DNA from: Tubulanus polymorphus
Taxonomy: Eukaryota > Animalia > Nemertea
Reading direction: 5' to 3'
NCBI RefSeq assembly: GCF_964204645.1
Contig: NC_134029.1
Location: forward strand, 13,604,850-13,668,849
DNA: 64,000 nt
Shown one piece after another: positions 23,635 through 36,904 of this stretch. Numbering within the stretch: the stretch's first letter is position 1; each line of letters begins with the position of its first letter. Position numbers and translations under genes: made by a program. Below the pieces are notes generated by a model that was given only the letters and a program-made list of their open reading frames with translations, did not search any database and had not been told where the DNA came from.

Positions 23635-25847
23635 ACCATTTTACGTACAGAGTTGTTATGCGTACGTGACTGTACGGTGATCTCCACAGGTTTATCGTAC
23701 GGGAGTTCCAAACGCAGTACTTGAGTTCCTATAATCTACATACGCGCATGCATGAAAGAATAGGTTTTGGGTTAGGTGAGGCTATTTGTAAATGAACTTT
23801 CATCCACCCTGCAGTTATGTTCTGTGGCTCAGTGGGTAAATCACTAGACTACTGCTGGAATTTTTTTCATGCCTTCGTACTACAAACACAACTTTTTCCC
23901 TCTCGTCGGCCCTACACTGATGTTACTATAACTGGTACCGTTATCACATGGATAGGATTTGATCAGGACTATCCCAAAGTCTAAATCAGTCTATGCGCTA
24001 TTCACTCGATATTGTTCAAACAATACAGTGAAGTATTCACACGCAGAAAGGCTAATTGATTTGATCCCTGCGATTAAATTTTGCTAAGGCCTTGTCTGAC
24101 CTGCTGACATTTATATTCATGCCTAGATCCAAACATTCATGTGGTCACGGCTTGTATAACAGAAATCATGATGTAGGCCTGTACATTTTGCTGTACGTAG
24201 GTTAAGTATACCGATTTCTCCTTGACTGATAAATGTACCGTACAGCTGTACGCATTATACAATTGTACCAATGGGAATAGGGCCTATTGATTGGGCTTTT
24301 TATTTCCTGCGTTAGAATACTGAAATAAGCCTAACGTTCATTCAAATATAAAAAAATTGGTGAAAGTTTGATTACTGTATATACTGTAGGTTTTCATGTA
24401 GTATGAATATTTTGCAGTTCACATGGGTATGATCCTGATTCCAATGTCAAACACATGAAGTTAAATGGTCAGGGACAGTCAACACCAAGATATCACTCTT
24501 CGACCGATGTTGCACCATAGAAGATCTGATTCTTTCAGCTCAATTAAAGTGATTCAACACGATCGGCATAACACTGGAATAGGTTTGCAGTGACTAACAG
24601 TTCATTTCATTTAGTCCTATCTACTTTTTAGCCAATTTGGATTTGATTGTAATTGAAACTCTGGAACTGTTAAGGAGAGACTAGTAAGACAAGTGGAAAA
24701 AACACAAGTTATGCTTGATCCTCGTATTCAAATTTAATTCATATTCAAATTTATTTTACATCATATTTACGAAGCATATCATTGGTTCATGCAGTAACAA
24801 AAATTAGGACAGAACAAATATTATTATAGAATTTTCAAAAAGGTAATGAATTTCTATAACTAAATGTACATTATTTTTCTAATGACTAAGATCAAGAGTG
24901 ACTCTCCCGTTTATTAAGAAACACACGCAACTAGTGGAATAGGTTTGATATTTACACACATGTTGCAGACATAAATTGTTTATCAGTATGGAATTTGTAA
25001 AACATAAGGGCCGAAATCAACATCGGTCGAGACCCAGACCAAATCAATTCATAATTTATTGATTGGAAATACACTACAATATATGTATTTATTCATATAT
25101 TTCAATAAAAAGATTAACTTCTTAAATCTATTCCAAATCATAATACGTTCTTATCTGCAAATTTACTCGATCTATTTACTCAGCAGGTGCTTAAGATGAG
25201 TTCTTAATAGGACAGATCCATTTTAAGCGTGGTGATATTACAGGATCATGACGTTCGAATGCCAAAATAAATGCCTGGTCGAATAAATTCATAATTGTTG
25301 ATTGTACGTCCGCATATGATCGGTTTCAAAGCTGAATCACATTTGACATTTACACAATGGTTGCATATTAGGTTCGAATCTGTCAATGCATTTTGTTCTA
25401 TGTATCGGTATTTCAATTTACTACAATTCCCATCATCCTGAATGGCTTTGCAGAAAACCCGTCATCGCTGCTTTGCAGCTATATTAGTTAGTTGTTATTG
25501 TAAAAGCCTGATACTTGACATATACTGAACTTGATAGAGCACGTGTACATACATCATCACCACGCGGCTGATACTAAGCGACTCAATCGCTATTATTATT
25601 CCTAGCATGTGTGTAGTGTTGCTAAAGGCAGCCAGCAATAAGGAGTGCAGCGCTTGATTTTGTGTGTTAACTACAACCCCCACCCACTTGAACTGTCTGG
25701 GCGTAGCGTGCTTAGCACACCATCCGCACGAAAAGACTTAATACTTCCCAAACCCAGAAAGAAACTTTCTATGATGGGTTTCAGTATTGACTTTGAACTT
25801 CAAAAGTGAATGGAACTTTATGATGCGGTGCATGTTTAATGCATACT

Positions 25848-26514
25848 AAAGTCTATCCCAGTGGTTATGACTGCGGCATTTCACTCTCAAAGAGCCAGTA
25901 TCAACAACAATTTAATTGATACTGACAGCTTTAAGTGTTCAAACTCACACTGAGCATCGCTTCTTCGCTGCTAACAGGCAAGAGTGAATAAAGAGCAAAA
26001 CTTTTCCACACTTAATCCAAGAAAATGAAGTAATAAGCAATGGAAATTCAGCTTTGAAGTCTTGTTGCATTCAAGAGTGAATATTTTCGCTGGATGCTGA
26101 AGTCAGTGTTAACATTATTTGAGGTGTCAAAAGCAATTTCCAAGTTGAAAGATTATATTTAGACGGTGTTTCAAGCAAAACAACAGCACTCGACTCATGA
26201 GATAATTCCAGATTATATATGCTCACACTCTGAAGAGTTTATAGATGCACAAAATCAATCAGATTGAATTTGCCACGTGACATGATTATTCCCAAAATTA
26301 AACTAAAAATTCAAGAAAGGATTTTGTAAAATTATAAAAATTGGAATTTTAATGAATGGCCAGTTGATGGTATATTATTCACTCTCGAATGCAGTACCGT
26401 AGTCGCTTGACTCCAATTACTCATAAGGCTGAGCGATAGAAACCACAGGGATCCCAATATGTTGGTGTAACAACTCTTTGATGCACCGCGGTCATAACTA
26501 CTGGGATAGACTTT
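25848..26514. mobile_element. Non-autonomous TIR element (MITE)
   Basis: TIR aaagtctatcccagtggttatgac...gtcataactactgggatagacttt. Confidence 0.75.
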
Positions 26515-28509
26515 CTTAAGGCAATACGTCAGTATACATTCTTACCATAACCACCGGATACAGTCTGCTCTTGGCACAATCGCCATGAACCGACGTAGGC
26601 CAATTAAATTGGCCATGCAGTACATGGGGTACAAGCTTCACATCCACGATTCAAGTGTTTTGAAGCTGTTCAAAGACTGAACCTTAAGACCAACTACTAG
26701 CTGTACCCTGAGGGCCTATAGCTAGTCCAACGATTGACCAAGTGGAACAGGAAAACAATTTACACCAGTGGAAGAACGACAGTTACGCAAGATTAATTAT
26801 GGGCACTTGACAATTTTTGATCACATGAGACAATGCCATAAAACAACTAAAACTTTAGCATAAACTCGATTCGGGACAGTAACTAAATCAGAAGCTTCTA
26901 TATAAGTTTTTCAAATTTCAGGGCAGCACATATTAAACCAAGCCGACCGGTAACTGTTGAAATCAAGTTCATATACTGAATGTGGCTTTCAATAGTTTCA
27001 TGATATGGTATCTTTTAATAGAAAAGCAATTTAGGCCAAAAAAACGTTTTTAAATGTGACACCACGTCTTCGCAAGAACATTCCACAATTTAAATGTGGG
27101 TCTGTTGATACATGTCTCTGTACGCGGTAAAAACACTGCTCCATGGGAAACGTTATGTATTACAACGTGTAATATTGATACATAAACGGTTAATGCGATA
27201 TTGCTGACAATTATATCGACTTGTGTCGTGCAGTAAGTATAAACAATATCAAAATCATCAGTGTTGCAAACTAAATACAGATAATCGGGCTCCAAACATG
27301 ATTGCAAATGTAAAGACATAAAAATGAGTTCAATAAATGACACCTTATACCATCTTAAATTACTTAATAGTTTTCAGCGTTGCTCAGACTACGGATCTCC
27401 ATATACTGCGTGTGGTGTTGTTATCACTGCGGCGAAACGCTGGTGGGTGTGCGCTAATACCAGGTGCTGCGCTGACATCATGTCGGTGTTAAAATGATAA
27501 GTTTTTTTAAACAAAATGAACTATATTCATCAGAATGCCTCGTTTGTTTTGTGGAACATGTAATAAAACTTCGACTTTGTCGTCAATATTTCTTGCGACT
27601 GTGATTGAAGCTCCCGTACTCATAAAAGTCGAGGTTAATGAGTGATAGCAACCAGGCTAAAATCTCAGCTGGCTATTTTTTATGGCAAAGAGTAGTGACC
27701 GTCTGAAACTGCAAAGGATGATCCGGCCTTATCCGAATTCCACCAGTTCTATAATTTAGAATTCACTGTGTAGATGTGTCCGGAGCACTCCCGAGTCACT
27801 CGGCATTAGCGCTGATTATCGCGCGCGCTATACAATCAATATCTCTATGTACGTGTTGTGTTACACACACAGCAAGTGTATTGAGAGTCGCCGTAGCAAT
27901 GCGCTACAGCGGCTTGAACTAAGGAGTACCGTCGATTATATTTCAACCAAATTTGAGCACATATAAACATCAGAATTAAATATAAACCAAGTTACACCAT
28001 CTAGACCAAGTACATTATATATGTGTCAATTGACAGAATTATCGGTCCACAAAAAACAGCTTAAATCTTGTCATAAAGAAACATCCAGACAGACAGGCAG
28101 ACACACACACACACACACTGTCATGACGACGATGCCATAGATGGGTTTGTCTAATGATGAAACCAATCAAAAATTTGATTCTATCTGCAGTCAAGCGGAC
28201 GGATGCTATGACAGACGGACAACCTACAAAAAGTGAATGCAATAGCCTGCTGGGACTCAAGTCCTGAGTGGGCTAAAAATTCATAGATGTTCAGTTTCAT
28301 TTTTCATGTATCATGTTGAAAGCAATAAGTCTAACGTTATATCATAATGTACTGTTGTTATACACCATGAGGTGACTACTTTTGAGAAGGGTACATGTTA
28401 ACCCAAAATGCTTAGACTTTTTGCTTTCAACATGATATGCCACAAATAATGCAAAACTACAGTATGTTATTATATATGTTTACAGAAACAGGTCAATAGT
28501 GGCGCTTAA

Positions 28510-28797
28510 CCCTTTCAGTGCGTCTACACCGCAGTGCGGTGTATAAATCAGTGATGGATTTTGCTAGTACACCGCACTGCGGTGTATTGATGTAATTAGT
28601 AATTTGTAATTATCTCTATTGAAAAATGGCAGCAAGTGTCAAACATAGTGAAATACTAGTAACTAACGATACACCGCATTGCAGTGTAGACGCACTATAG
28701 TGGTATTCCCGTTGTTCAGCACACTAGGGTGGAATTTTTTGGAATTTTCAAATTATCTCCAGCACTATAGGGTATTAATTAGTCAGCACTGAAAGGG
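28510..28797. mobile_element. piggyBac-type MITE
   Basis: TTAA|CCCTTTCAGTGC ... GCACTGAAAGGG|TTAA; internal palindromic tacaccgcaNtgcggtgta repeats. Confidence 0.85.
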
Positions 28798-30299
28798 TTA
28801 AATAGCAAAAGATTACATGGCAATGACCAAAACACGATGGGTTAACAAAAGACATTTTGAAAAAATTGCAAGTTTAAGGATAGCTTTTCTAATTTGATAA
28901 ACAACGCCTCCCTTGTTTAAAAATCAATATCAGAGTAGGCACAATATACAATGTATGAGAGTGCTGTCGCTGAGTGTGCATGCTATACATAGTCTCACTC
29001 ATGTGATTGATAGCACAGAAATAGATAACAACACTTCTTTTCTATATGATGACTTCAGAAATTTTTTCGAACAAAATATTTCATAGAAATATGGTACAGA
29101 TATATAGAAGTTGACCATGAACAATATCGTACTGGTGGGGTAATGCTTAATCTGGGTGACCCCTTGGCACCTCAGACTGCACAAATGATGATGTCTGATG
29201 TTTGTGTTCTCCACTTCTTCAGAATCGGTCTATGCAACGATTGAGAAACAATTTTTGTATTATTTACTTCAAATAAAATCCTATTCCTACGTGTATCTAG
29301 AACACAAGTACCACCTAGACCTACTGAATCAAAAGAATTTTCACTATCTGTATTAATAAATGCCTTCATACACAGGTTATCCCTATCCTTAGTCCATATC
29401 AGGGCCATTCTCGCCATTGGAATTCAATGAGGACTCTACGTTCGACTGTGGCAATCGAGGATTCCACTTGTGGCAAGGACCCACCAGGCTCACTAGTGTG
29501 CATTCAGACAATACTCCCGGATTTCTTCTCAGATTTAATTAAAATCTATACATTATTTCTCAAATTCTTTGAATGATGATTGGTAAAATCCACCTGCTAC
29601 ATGAACCTGAAGATCATCTGAGTTTATCAAGAGGAGTGATTAGCTTAATTTCTGATGAGGGAGGCTAAAAATCTAAAAAGAAAGTTCATTGAAAATGAAA
29701 TAGATTTTGACAGGGTTGTCACACTGATACGCTCGCCATCCAGCGGGATAGCTGGTGGCATGGAGTCCTCATTGAATAACATCTTTTTACGAGAGTTCGT
29801 CTCTATTTCGGTGCCAAGTAGGCTAAACTAGGGGTCCAGGAACACCATGCCCACTTGGGAAGTGGTTTCAAATGCTCAATCATCTAACAATTTCAAATTC
29901 AACGCCCCCTAGTGACCATATACAAAAACCAATGACCTTGAAACTCACCACAATCATAAAACATGTCAGCAGCTATGATTTTGTTATTGATTGTGGTAAC
30001 AAAATATGCCTCGTTACCAATTTAATATTGAAATACTAAGTTATTCTACTATTCAACGCCCCCTAGTGACCATATAGAATAACGTATTTCCTTAAAACTC
30101 ACCATAATCATAGACGATGTCATGAGCTATAACTTTGCAATTGATTGTGGTAACGAAATATGTATTGCTACAAATGTAATATAGAAATACTAAGATATTG
30201 TATTATTCAATGCCCCCTCATGGCCATATATAATATCCAATGAACTTGCGTCTTCAAAACTTCCCAAAATAACTGGATTCCGTCTACAGCCATACACGC

Positions 30300-30500
30300 G
30301 TTGATTCACCTCTTCAGTGTGATCTGATGTTTCGGTAACCTCTCTACTGCGATCTGATGTATCGTTAACCTCCTTAGAATGATCTGATGTATTGGTAACC
30401 TCTTCAGTACAATCTGATGTTTCGATAACCTCCTCAGCATAATCTGATGTATCAGCAACTTCCTCCTTGTGAGCTGATGTTCCAACAACCTCCCCAGCTT
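30300..30500 (-). repeat. 30-bp coding-type minisatellite (EEVxxTSDH-like decapeptide, about 6 copies)
   Basis: ORF 30190-30621 repeats TSD(H/Y/C/R)xxEV every 10 aa. Confidence 0.8.
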
Positions 30501-30639
30501 CCGTTTCTTCATTTCTCAGACGATTTTCTTTGACCCACTCTAAGTCATCCTCATAAGCTTTTTTCAATGAGAAAAGCTTTCGCTTCTCCAATATTCCTAC
30601 CAACAAAAGTTCAGAATCCAATCATTCAAATTAGAATGC

Positions 30640-32190
30640 ATTTACAACCTACCAAGAAATGACAAAGTGGCAGATTGGACTTAATGATAAGTATTCAATG
30701 AATCCAATGTATTTACCACCTACCAAGAAATGACAAGGTGGTAGATTGGACTAAATGCGGCTCAACTCCAGAACACGTAAAAGTGGATCCGTGCAGAATC
30801 TAATCACATCGGACTGGTGTTTGAAATTAATCCGCCTGGACTATATAGGACTGATTCTAATCGTTGACGGATTTTACACGTCGACAATGTCTACAATCCT
30901 AAATATCGACCGATTCTACTCGTCGACAATGTCTACAACCCTGAGTGTCGACCGATTCTACTCGTCGACAATGTCTACAACCCTGATTGTCGACCAATTC
31001 TACTCGTTGGCAATGACAAAACCCACCACGATGGAACTATATTGACCTATTCTGGAGTTGAACCGTCAATTCTTGGTAGGTGGTACATACATTGGACACA
31101 TTGAATACTAATCATTTAGTCCAATCTACCACCTTGTCATTTCTTGGTAGGTGGTATATGCATTGGACACATTGAATACTGAACGTTTAGTCCAATCTAC
31201 CACCTTGTCATTTCTTGGTAGGTGGTACATACATTCATTGAAACCAATGTATGTACCACCTACCAAGAAATGACAAGGTGGTAGATTGGACTAAACGTTC
31301 AGTATTCAATGTGTCTAATGCGTATACAACCTACCAAGAAATGACAAGGTGGTAGATTGGACTAAACGTTCAGTATTCAATGTGTCCAATGCGTATACCA
31401 CCTAACCAAGAAATGACAAGGTGGTAAATTGCTTAGTGTGCATGCTTAGTATTCAATGTTTCCAATGCAGGTACTACCTAGCAAGGAATGACAAGGTGGT
31501 AGATTGTAATAAACGTTCAGTATTCAATATGTCCAATGAATTTGCCATCTACCAAGATATGAAAAGGTCGTAGATTGGACTAAATATTGAGTATTCAATA
31601 AAACCAATGTATGTACAACCTACCAAGAATTGACAAGGTGGTAGATTGGACTAAATGATTAGTATTCAATAAGTCCAATGTATGTACCACCTACCAAGAA
31701 ATGACAAGGTGGTAGATTGGACTAAATGATTAGTATTCAATGTGTCCAATGTATGTACCACCTACCAAGAATTGACAAGGTGGTAGATTGGACTGTGACG
31801 AGTAGAATCGGTCGACAATCAGGGTTGTAGACATTGTCACCGTGTAGAATCGGTCAACAATCAGGGTTGTAGACATTGTCGACGAGTCGAATCGGTTGAC
31901 AATCAGGGTTGTAGACATTGTCGACGAGTAGAATCGGTCGACGGGTAGAATCGGTCGACGAACAGGAACCGAACCACTCACTTCATTAAAGAAAACCCAC
32001 CACGATGGAAGTATATTGACCTATCCTGGAGTTGAACCGAATTGACAAGGTGGTAGATTGGACTAATGGTCAGTATTCAATGTAATCAATGTATGTACAA
32101 CCTAACAACAAATGACAAGGTGGTAGATTGGAATACACGTCCAGTATCCAATGTGTCCAATGCATATACCACCTACCAAGATATGACAAA
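30640..32190. repeat. Composite minisatellite: 71-bp units in both orientations plus two inverted blocks of 42-bp units
   Basis: 71-bp unit cctaccaagaaatgacaaggtggtagattggactaaa...; inverted block at about 31070-31235; 42-bp unit gtcgacaatgtctacaaccctgattgtcgaccgattctactc at 30870-31010 (+) and 31795-31960 (-). Confidence 0.9.
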
Positions 32191-32649
32191 ATGGTAGTCT
32201 CATGCATTTTAGGATCATTTTCTGTGGCAAATCTACCAAAGTAAGTCTCTATCCAAAATGTCATGACTTAAGTCAGTAAATAAATAATGAAGAAAAAATG
32301 AATACAGTAGATGAACAATAATCAAATATGACTCAGCGTTTGATAACCGAGCATTTAGAAACTCTACAACTGCAACAAGCAATTAGCATACTTAAACTAG
32401 TTTTAACTATTTGTTCTGATTCTTCTGATCTGACTCCGGCTGTAGTCAGGGCTTTGACAACAAATCTGTTTGATAATTTCACATTATTGATTAATCAATT
32501 TCAAAATACTTGACCATTTAAATTATTTCAACTTCAAATTCAAACTTTCAATGTACATTTACTGGAGAACTTAGAGGCCTTTTTAAGGTGATATAACTCA
32601 AAACATTAAAAAATTGAATCAGTAAAAGATAACAATAACATGAACTTAC

Positions 32650-32772
32650 TCCGAGTGATCACTTCTGCTATATACCAAAAACTTATTCCTGTCTATAATC
32701 TGCACAGGCCATGCAACATTTTTGGTACACCTTTGAGACAGGCGAATCCAAATATCCTTTCCATATCTGCTC
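32650..32772 (-). pseudogene. Exon-like segment encoding a PWWP-like motif (GKDIWIRLSQRCTKNVAWPVQIIDRNKFLVYSRSDHS)
   Basis: ttccag/gtaagt-bounded 123-nt open exon; similarity to the PWWP beta-barrel is by eye only. Confidence 0.35.
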
Positions 32773-33752
32773 CTGGAAAGGGATATAATAAAATTATTGA
32801 TGTTCAATGAAATAGATCATAAAAACAGAAACAAGCTTAGAATTCTTAAAATGGGCGTTTGAGTGATAAGAAATTTTTGAGAATTATTAGAGACATAATA
32901 GTTAGAAATAAAGCTGATCAGAAGCTGATTAGTTCAATTCAAGTACAAAACTAAACCAGTTGTGTACTTAGGAAGATATAGTACAGTTGTAATGTAGTCT
33001 AGTTATTTGTGGTTTTATCTTAAGATACAAATGTGCTTTACAAGCATAATTTGTAATGTGATCGCTGATTGGCTGGCTTGTTGCGCTAGCTGCTAGATTT
33101 TAATGTTTATCAACTAACACTGTTTTGCCGTTTATTAACCTAACAGGTCCACTGGTTCGGTTAAGATACGTAGGAGTAACAAAATTAGATTACCATTCAA
33201 TAACATAGGCCTATAGAATAATTGACATATACCGGGTCAGATGAGCACCAAAAGTACCAAGTGAAGGCCACACGGCTGACGAAAAAGACCTGAGGTCTTT
33301 AGAATTTAATTTTGTATGTGCTCAACTTAAGGGCAGATGGGGATATACTTTTAGAAACAATTAATTCAGTTTATTTATAAATGAGTTACAATCTAAGAAA
33401 GTTCCTGGAGATATTTAGGAGTTGGCTGGCTTGAAAATTATTTTGCACGTGCCAGTTACCTCGTTGAAAAATGCCTGTCAATAAATTGGCGTAGTGAGTA
33501 CTAGACAACTATGGCCTACAGAGATCGAATCGACTCAAATAGTTTTTTAGAGAGAATAGGTCCTATATTTTTGTTGACCGGCATTCTAGTAGGGAGCACA
33601 GAAACGCTTGCAAAACTCTATTTTTCTCAATTGCCGTGTGGCTTTAGGAGTTTTTTTGTTGATAATGCTTATCACCACAAAAACAGAGAATATCTCTTAA
33701 TGTTAGTTATGAAACAAGGATAAAAGAACATCTCAGTCTTTGAAATTTAATA

Positions 33753-33923
33753 CAGTGGAACCTTGTTACAGCCAACCTCACGGAGCAAGAAAATATGTTC
33801 GATAGTTTGTTATATCCAGTATGAAATTAATCACATTGTCTTACTTGGAACAAAATTTGGTTCTTTATTTGTTTTATCTGATGAATCGTTGTAAACCGAG
33901 TTTGTTGTTATGAGGTTCCAATG
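33753..33923. mobile_element. Tc1/mariner (Tigger-like) MITE
   Basis: TA|cagtggaacct ... aggttccaatg|TA. Confidence 0.65.
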
Positions 33924-36904
33924 TAAATGATTGATGGTAATTGAACTGAACAAAATCTTAATTGAATTAAATTGATTTGAACTCTAAAACGGGCAACTGT
34001 CAGTACTTACTTCTAAAAGCAATGTAATGAATCTAATCACCTTCCCACTAGGTGTCTGAACTGAATAATTGATACTGTACTGATTAAGATAATACTACTG
34101 ATACCTTTTCCAATAGCTCCAAAATTCAGCACATGGTGGATTCAAAATGGCCGCTGAAAACTGATGACTCACACAGGAAGTGATAATATTAATGTAGCTT
34201 ACAGCCTCACGAGGGCAGCACAGTACCATACATAGTCCAAGAGAGTCTTAAGTCTATCAAGTCCATGACATTGGACTTTGCTAGGCGGTATGAAATTTAA
34301 AAAAAAAAATTTTGAGCTGGCTGATGTGTCCATGGCAATCTTACTAAGCGGTATACCACCTAAGAAAAAATTACCACCTAACTGTCTATTCTAGGAATAG
34401 AATACCACTTAACATGCATTCGTTGGAGCGGACGGACGGACTAAAAAGCATAGAAAAGAGCCAATTGCCAACTCATAGCAGAAGGAAAATACTGCCATCA
34501 CTGCTAAATTTTACATAATCAGCATATTTGCCAATATTTTGCCAATGTAAAATTTTTGACAGAATTTTGTGTTAAAAACGCTTAGGGCAAATTAATTGTT
34601 GAATTTGATTATTGTATCATAGAAATTAATGACCCCGACCATTAAGTGGGAAAACAAATATTAGTAATCAGTGCGTCATTGGCCCAACAGTGGCTGCTAG
34701 TTAAAGTTGGCGCCACTTTACAGTACATGCAATTACTAATCAACAAATGTTTGGCCAGTTTTGACTAACGATCACCCTGAAAGTCATTATTTTACTCATA
34801 CTGATACTTCTTGATACCTTATTTCATCAGAGAAATGATTAAGAGCTGTTTATCAATCAAAATTCACAGAAGTTATATTCCCGGTAGCAATAAAATATCA
34901 AATTTGAATTTGTCTTTCATTGTCCGCCATTGTGGATGCAACGTTCTTACAGTTAAATTCTTTCACTAAAGTCTGTAGCCATCCGTCTTCTCCTCATACA
35001 AGTATTTACGAACCATTTTGTAATACGTCAGCCTCTTCTTTACCATTACTGACGTACATTTACGTCGCAAATAATGACCTTCTCTCGCCATGCATGACGT
35101 ATTTTCATGTCCCAAATAAATGCATTTACTACAATTACTGGTGTGGTGAGTCACTACGCCGATGGTGTGTCAATGTACTATAGAACCATCTGCTTGAATT
35201 TAGTTCCAATTTTTACTCACAGATGGGGGGGGGTTAGTACCTCTAACAGAATACATTCATCCACAAAATGTCAAAAAAATACAAACATATATATACAGAC
35301 TTTTTTTTCTCCTAGAAATCAAAACAAATACCGGCTATGATTTTTTTCTTAAATACACAAATAAATACCGACTTGGAAGACCCACTACGAACACTGCCAT
35401 TGGTATCGTCATTCTTGCTAGTTTAGATACTGAATTAAATTTACAATGTTATGTGGCAAATGGCATGTCCAAACTGCCAAAAACCCGAAGGGGTACCTCA
35501 AAAGATTCAGACAAGGGCACCAAAACAGTTAAGGGCAGTATTAATTTCCAAAAATTCTGAAGAGGTCACATTCATATAATCGAAATGCTCTAAAAGGCTA
35601 AACTCTAGAATAATCTTAGATTAACATTTGTCTCGGCAAAGAAATTTAATTTTCCTTGTATATTCAGTGATGTGAACTTGAAACGAGTTTCATCAATTAA
35701 GACTTGGAAAGCATCTGTATCACCATTCTCAAATGCAAGCCAGAATATTTGATGTAAATGCCAAACAACAAAGTGCTTTTTTGTCAATCGTTTAAAACTA
35801 TCAACTGTTGGATAATGATTGGACTTAATTATTGATCCATCTTTGACAATTCTATTAATCTGTTAGATTTTCATTATTTCAAATCAGATAAAACTTTGTT
35901 AGCCTTCTTGGGAATTTTTCGACACGCTTTGATGATCTTAGTAACTAAGTATGTTTCTACCCACACCATTTGCAGTTCATCGGAATCTAGATGGCCTACT
36001 TGCAGCCATTATTGTTCCGCAAAATCAGACGCTTTGAACAAATGTCTTAGGATTGTCTTGAGGTTTACTGTGAACATGTATCTCCTGACAGCCTAGGATC
36101 ACAAGGAAAATTTGGTCCATCAGAAACAAGATGGCCACCTTGTGACCTTTTTTCAGCCAACTTGGGACTTAAGTCCCAGCGGGTTATTGTGTTCAAATTC
36201 ATCTTTCCATTGAGGAAATCAAATTATTTTGGGAAGTTTTGAAGACTCGATATTTTGTTTAAATGTGTACCTACCCTAGACACGTCTTCATCTTCATTTT
36301 TGTTTGCCATAATCAGCACTTATTCAAATTTTTGAAGTTTTCAAGGGAAATTTTGAAGACACCTCTATCAATTATATTGATCTTTCACCTATGTTTGTAT
36401 CCCACACGGCCCATCAGCATGAGAAAAATTTGGTCAATCAGAATCAAGATGGTTGTCCTGTGACCTTTTTTGTGCCCAAAAAGGTTATTGCCATGAATTA
36501 TGAGACTTGTAGCTTACTTCATAGAAGGCAGCTCCTCACTCGGAATCAGGTACAGGTACCGGTGGAACTAAGCCACTTGAGGCGCTGATTAGCAACTCGT
36601 TTATAACGATAGATGTTTATTCTGCTCATTCGTTCATTATCAAAGCATGCCGAATACGGATCAAATGGGAATTAAAGAGCTCAGAGAGCTTTAAGGAAGT
36701 ATGGGGAGTAGTGTCAGGCCGAATAAAGGATTTGATTCAAAGGTAAGAGCCGCGATTCCTGACTTTTGAAGTGCAATAAGTTTCCATGCGTGTGCTTGGC
36801 TCCCCTCGCCTGTATTAGGAATCCTGGCCCGATTTTTCGCCCCTTTTTTAGTCTCAGAACATCAAATATCGCGAGGAGAGCTACTGTACATTAACTGTAC
36901 ATTA

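Noticed and set aside
29380-29460. Tyrosine-phosphatase WPD-loop-like peptide (IEFQWREWP*YG) on the minus strand
   Set aside because: Contains a stop and no HCSAG motif or other PTP features nearby; probably chance.
30640-32190. CRISPR-like array
   Set aside because: Units are contiguous tandem repeats with no unique spacers, no cas genes, and the context is eukaryotic.
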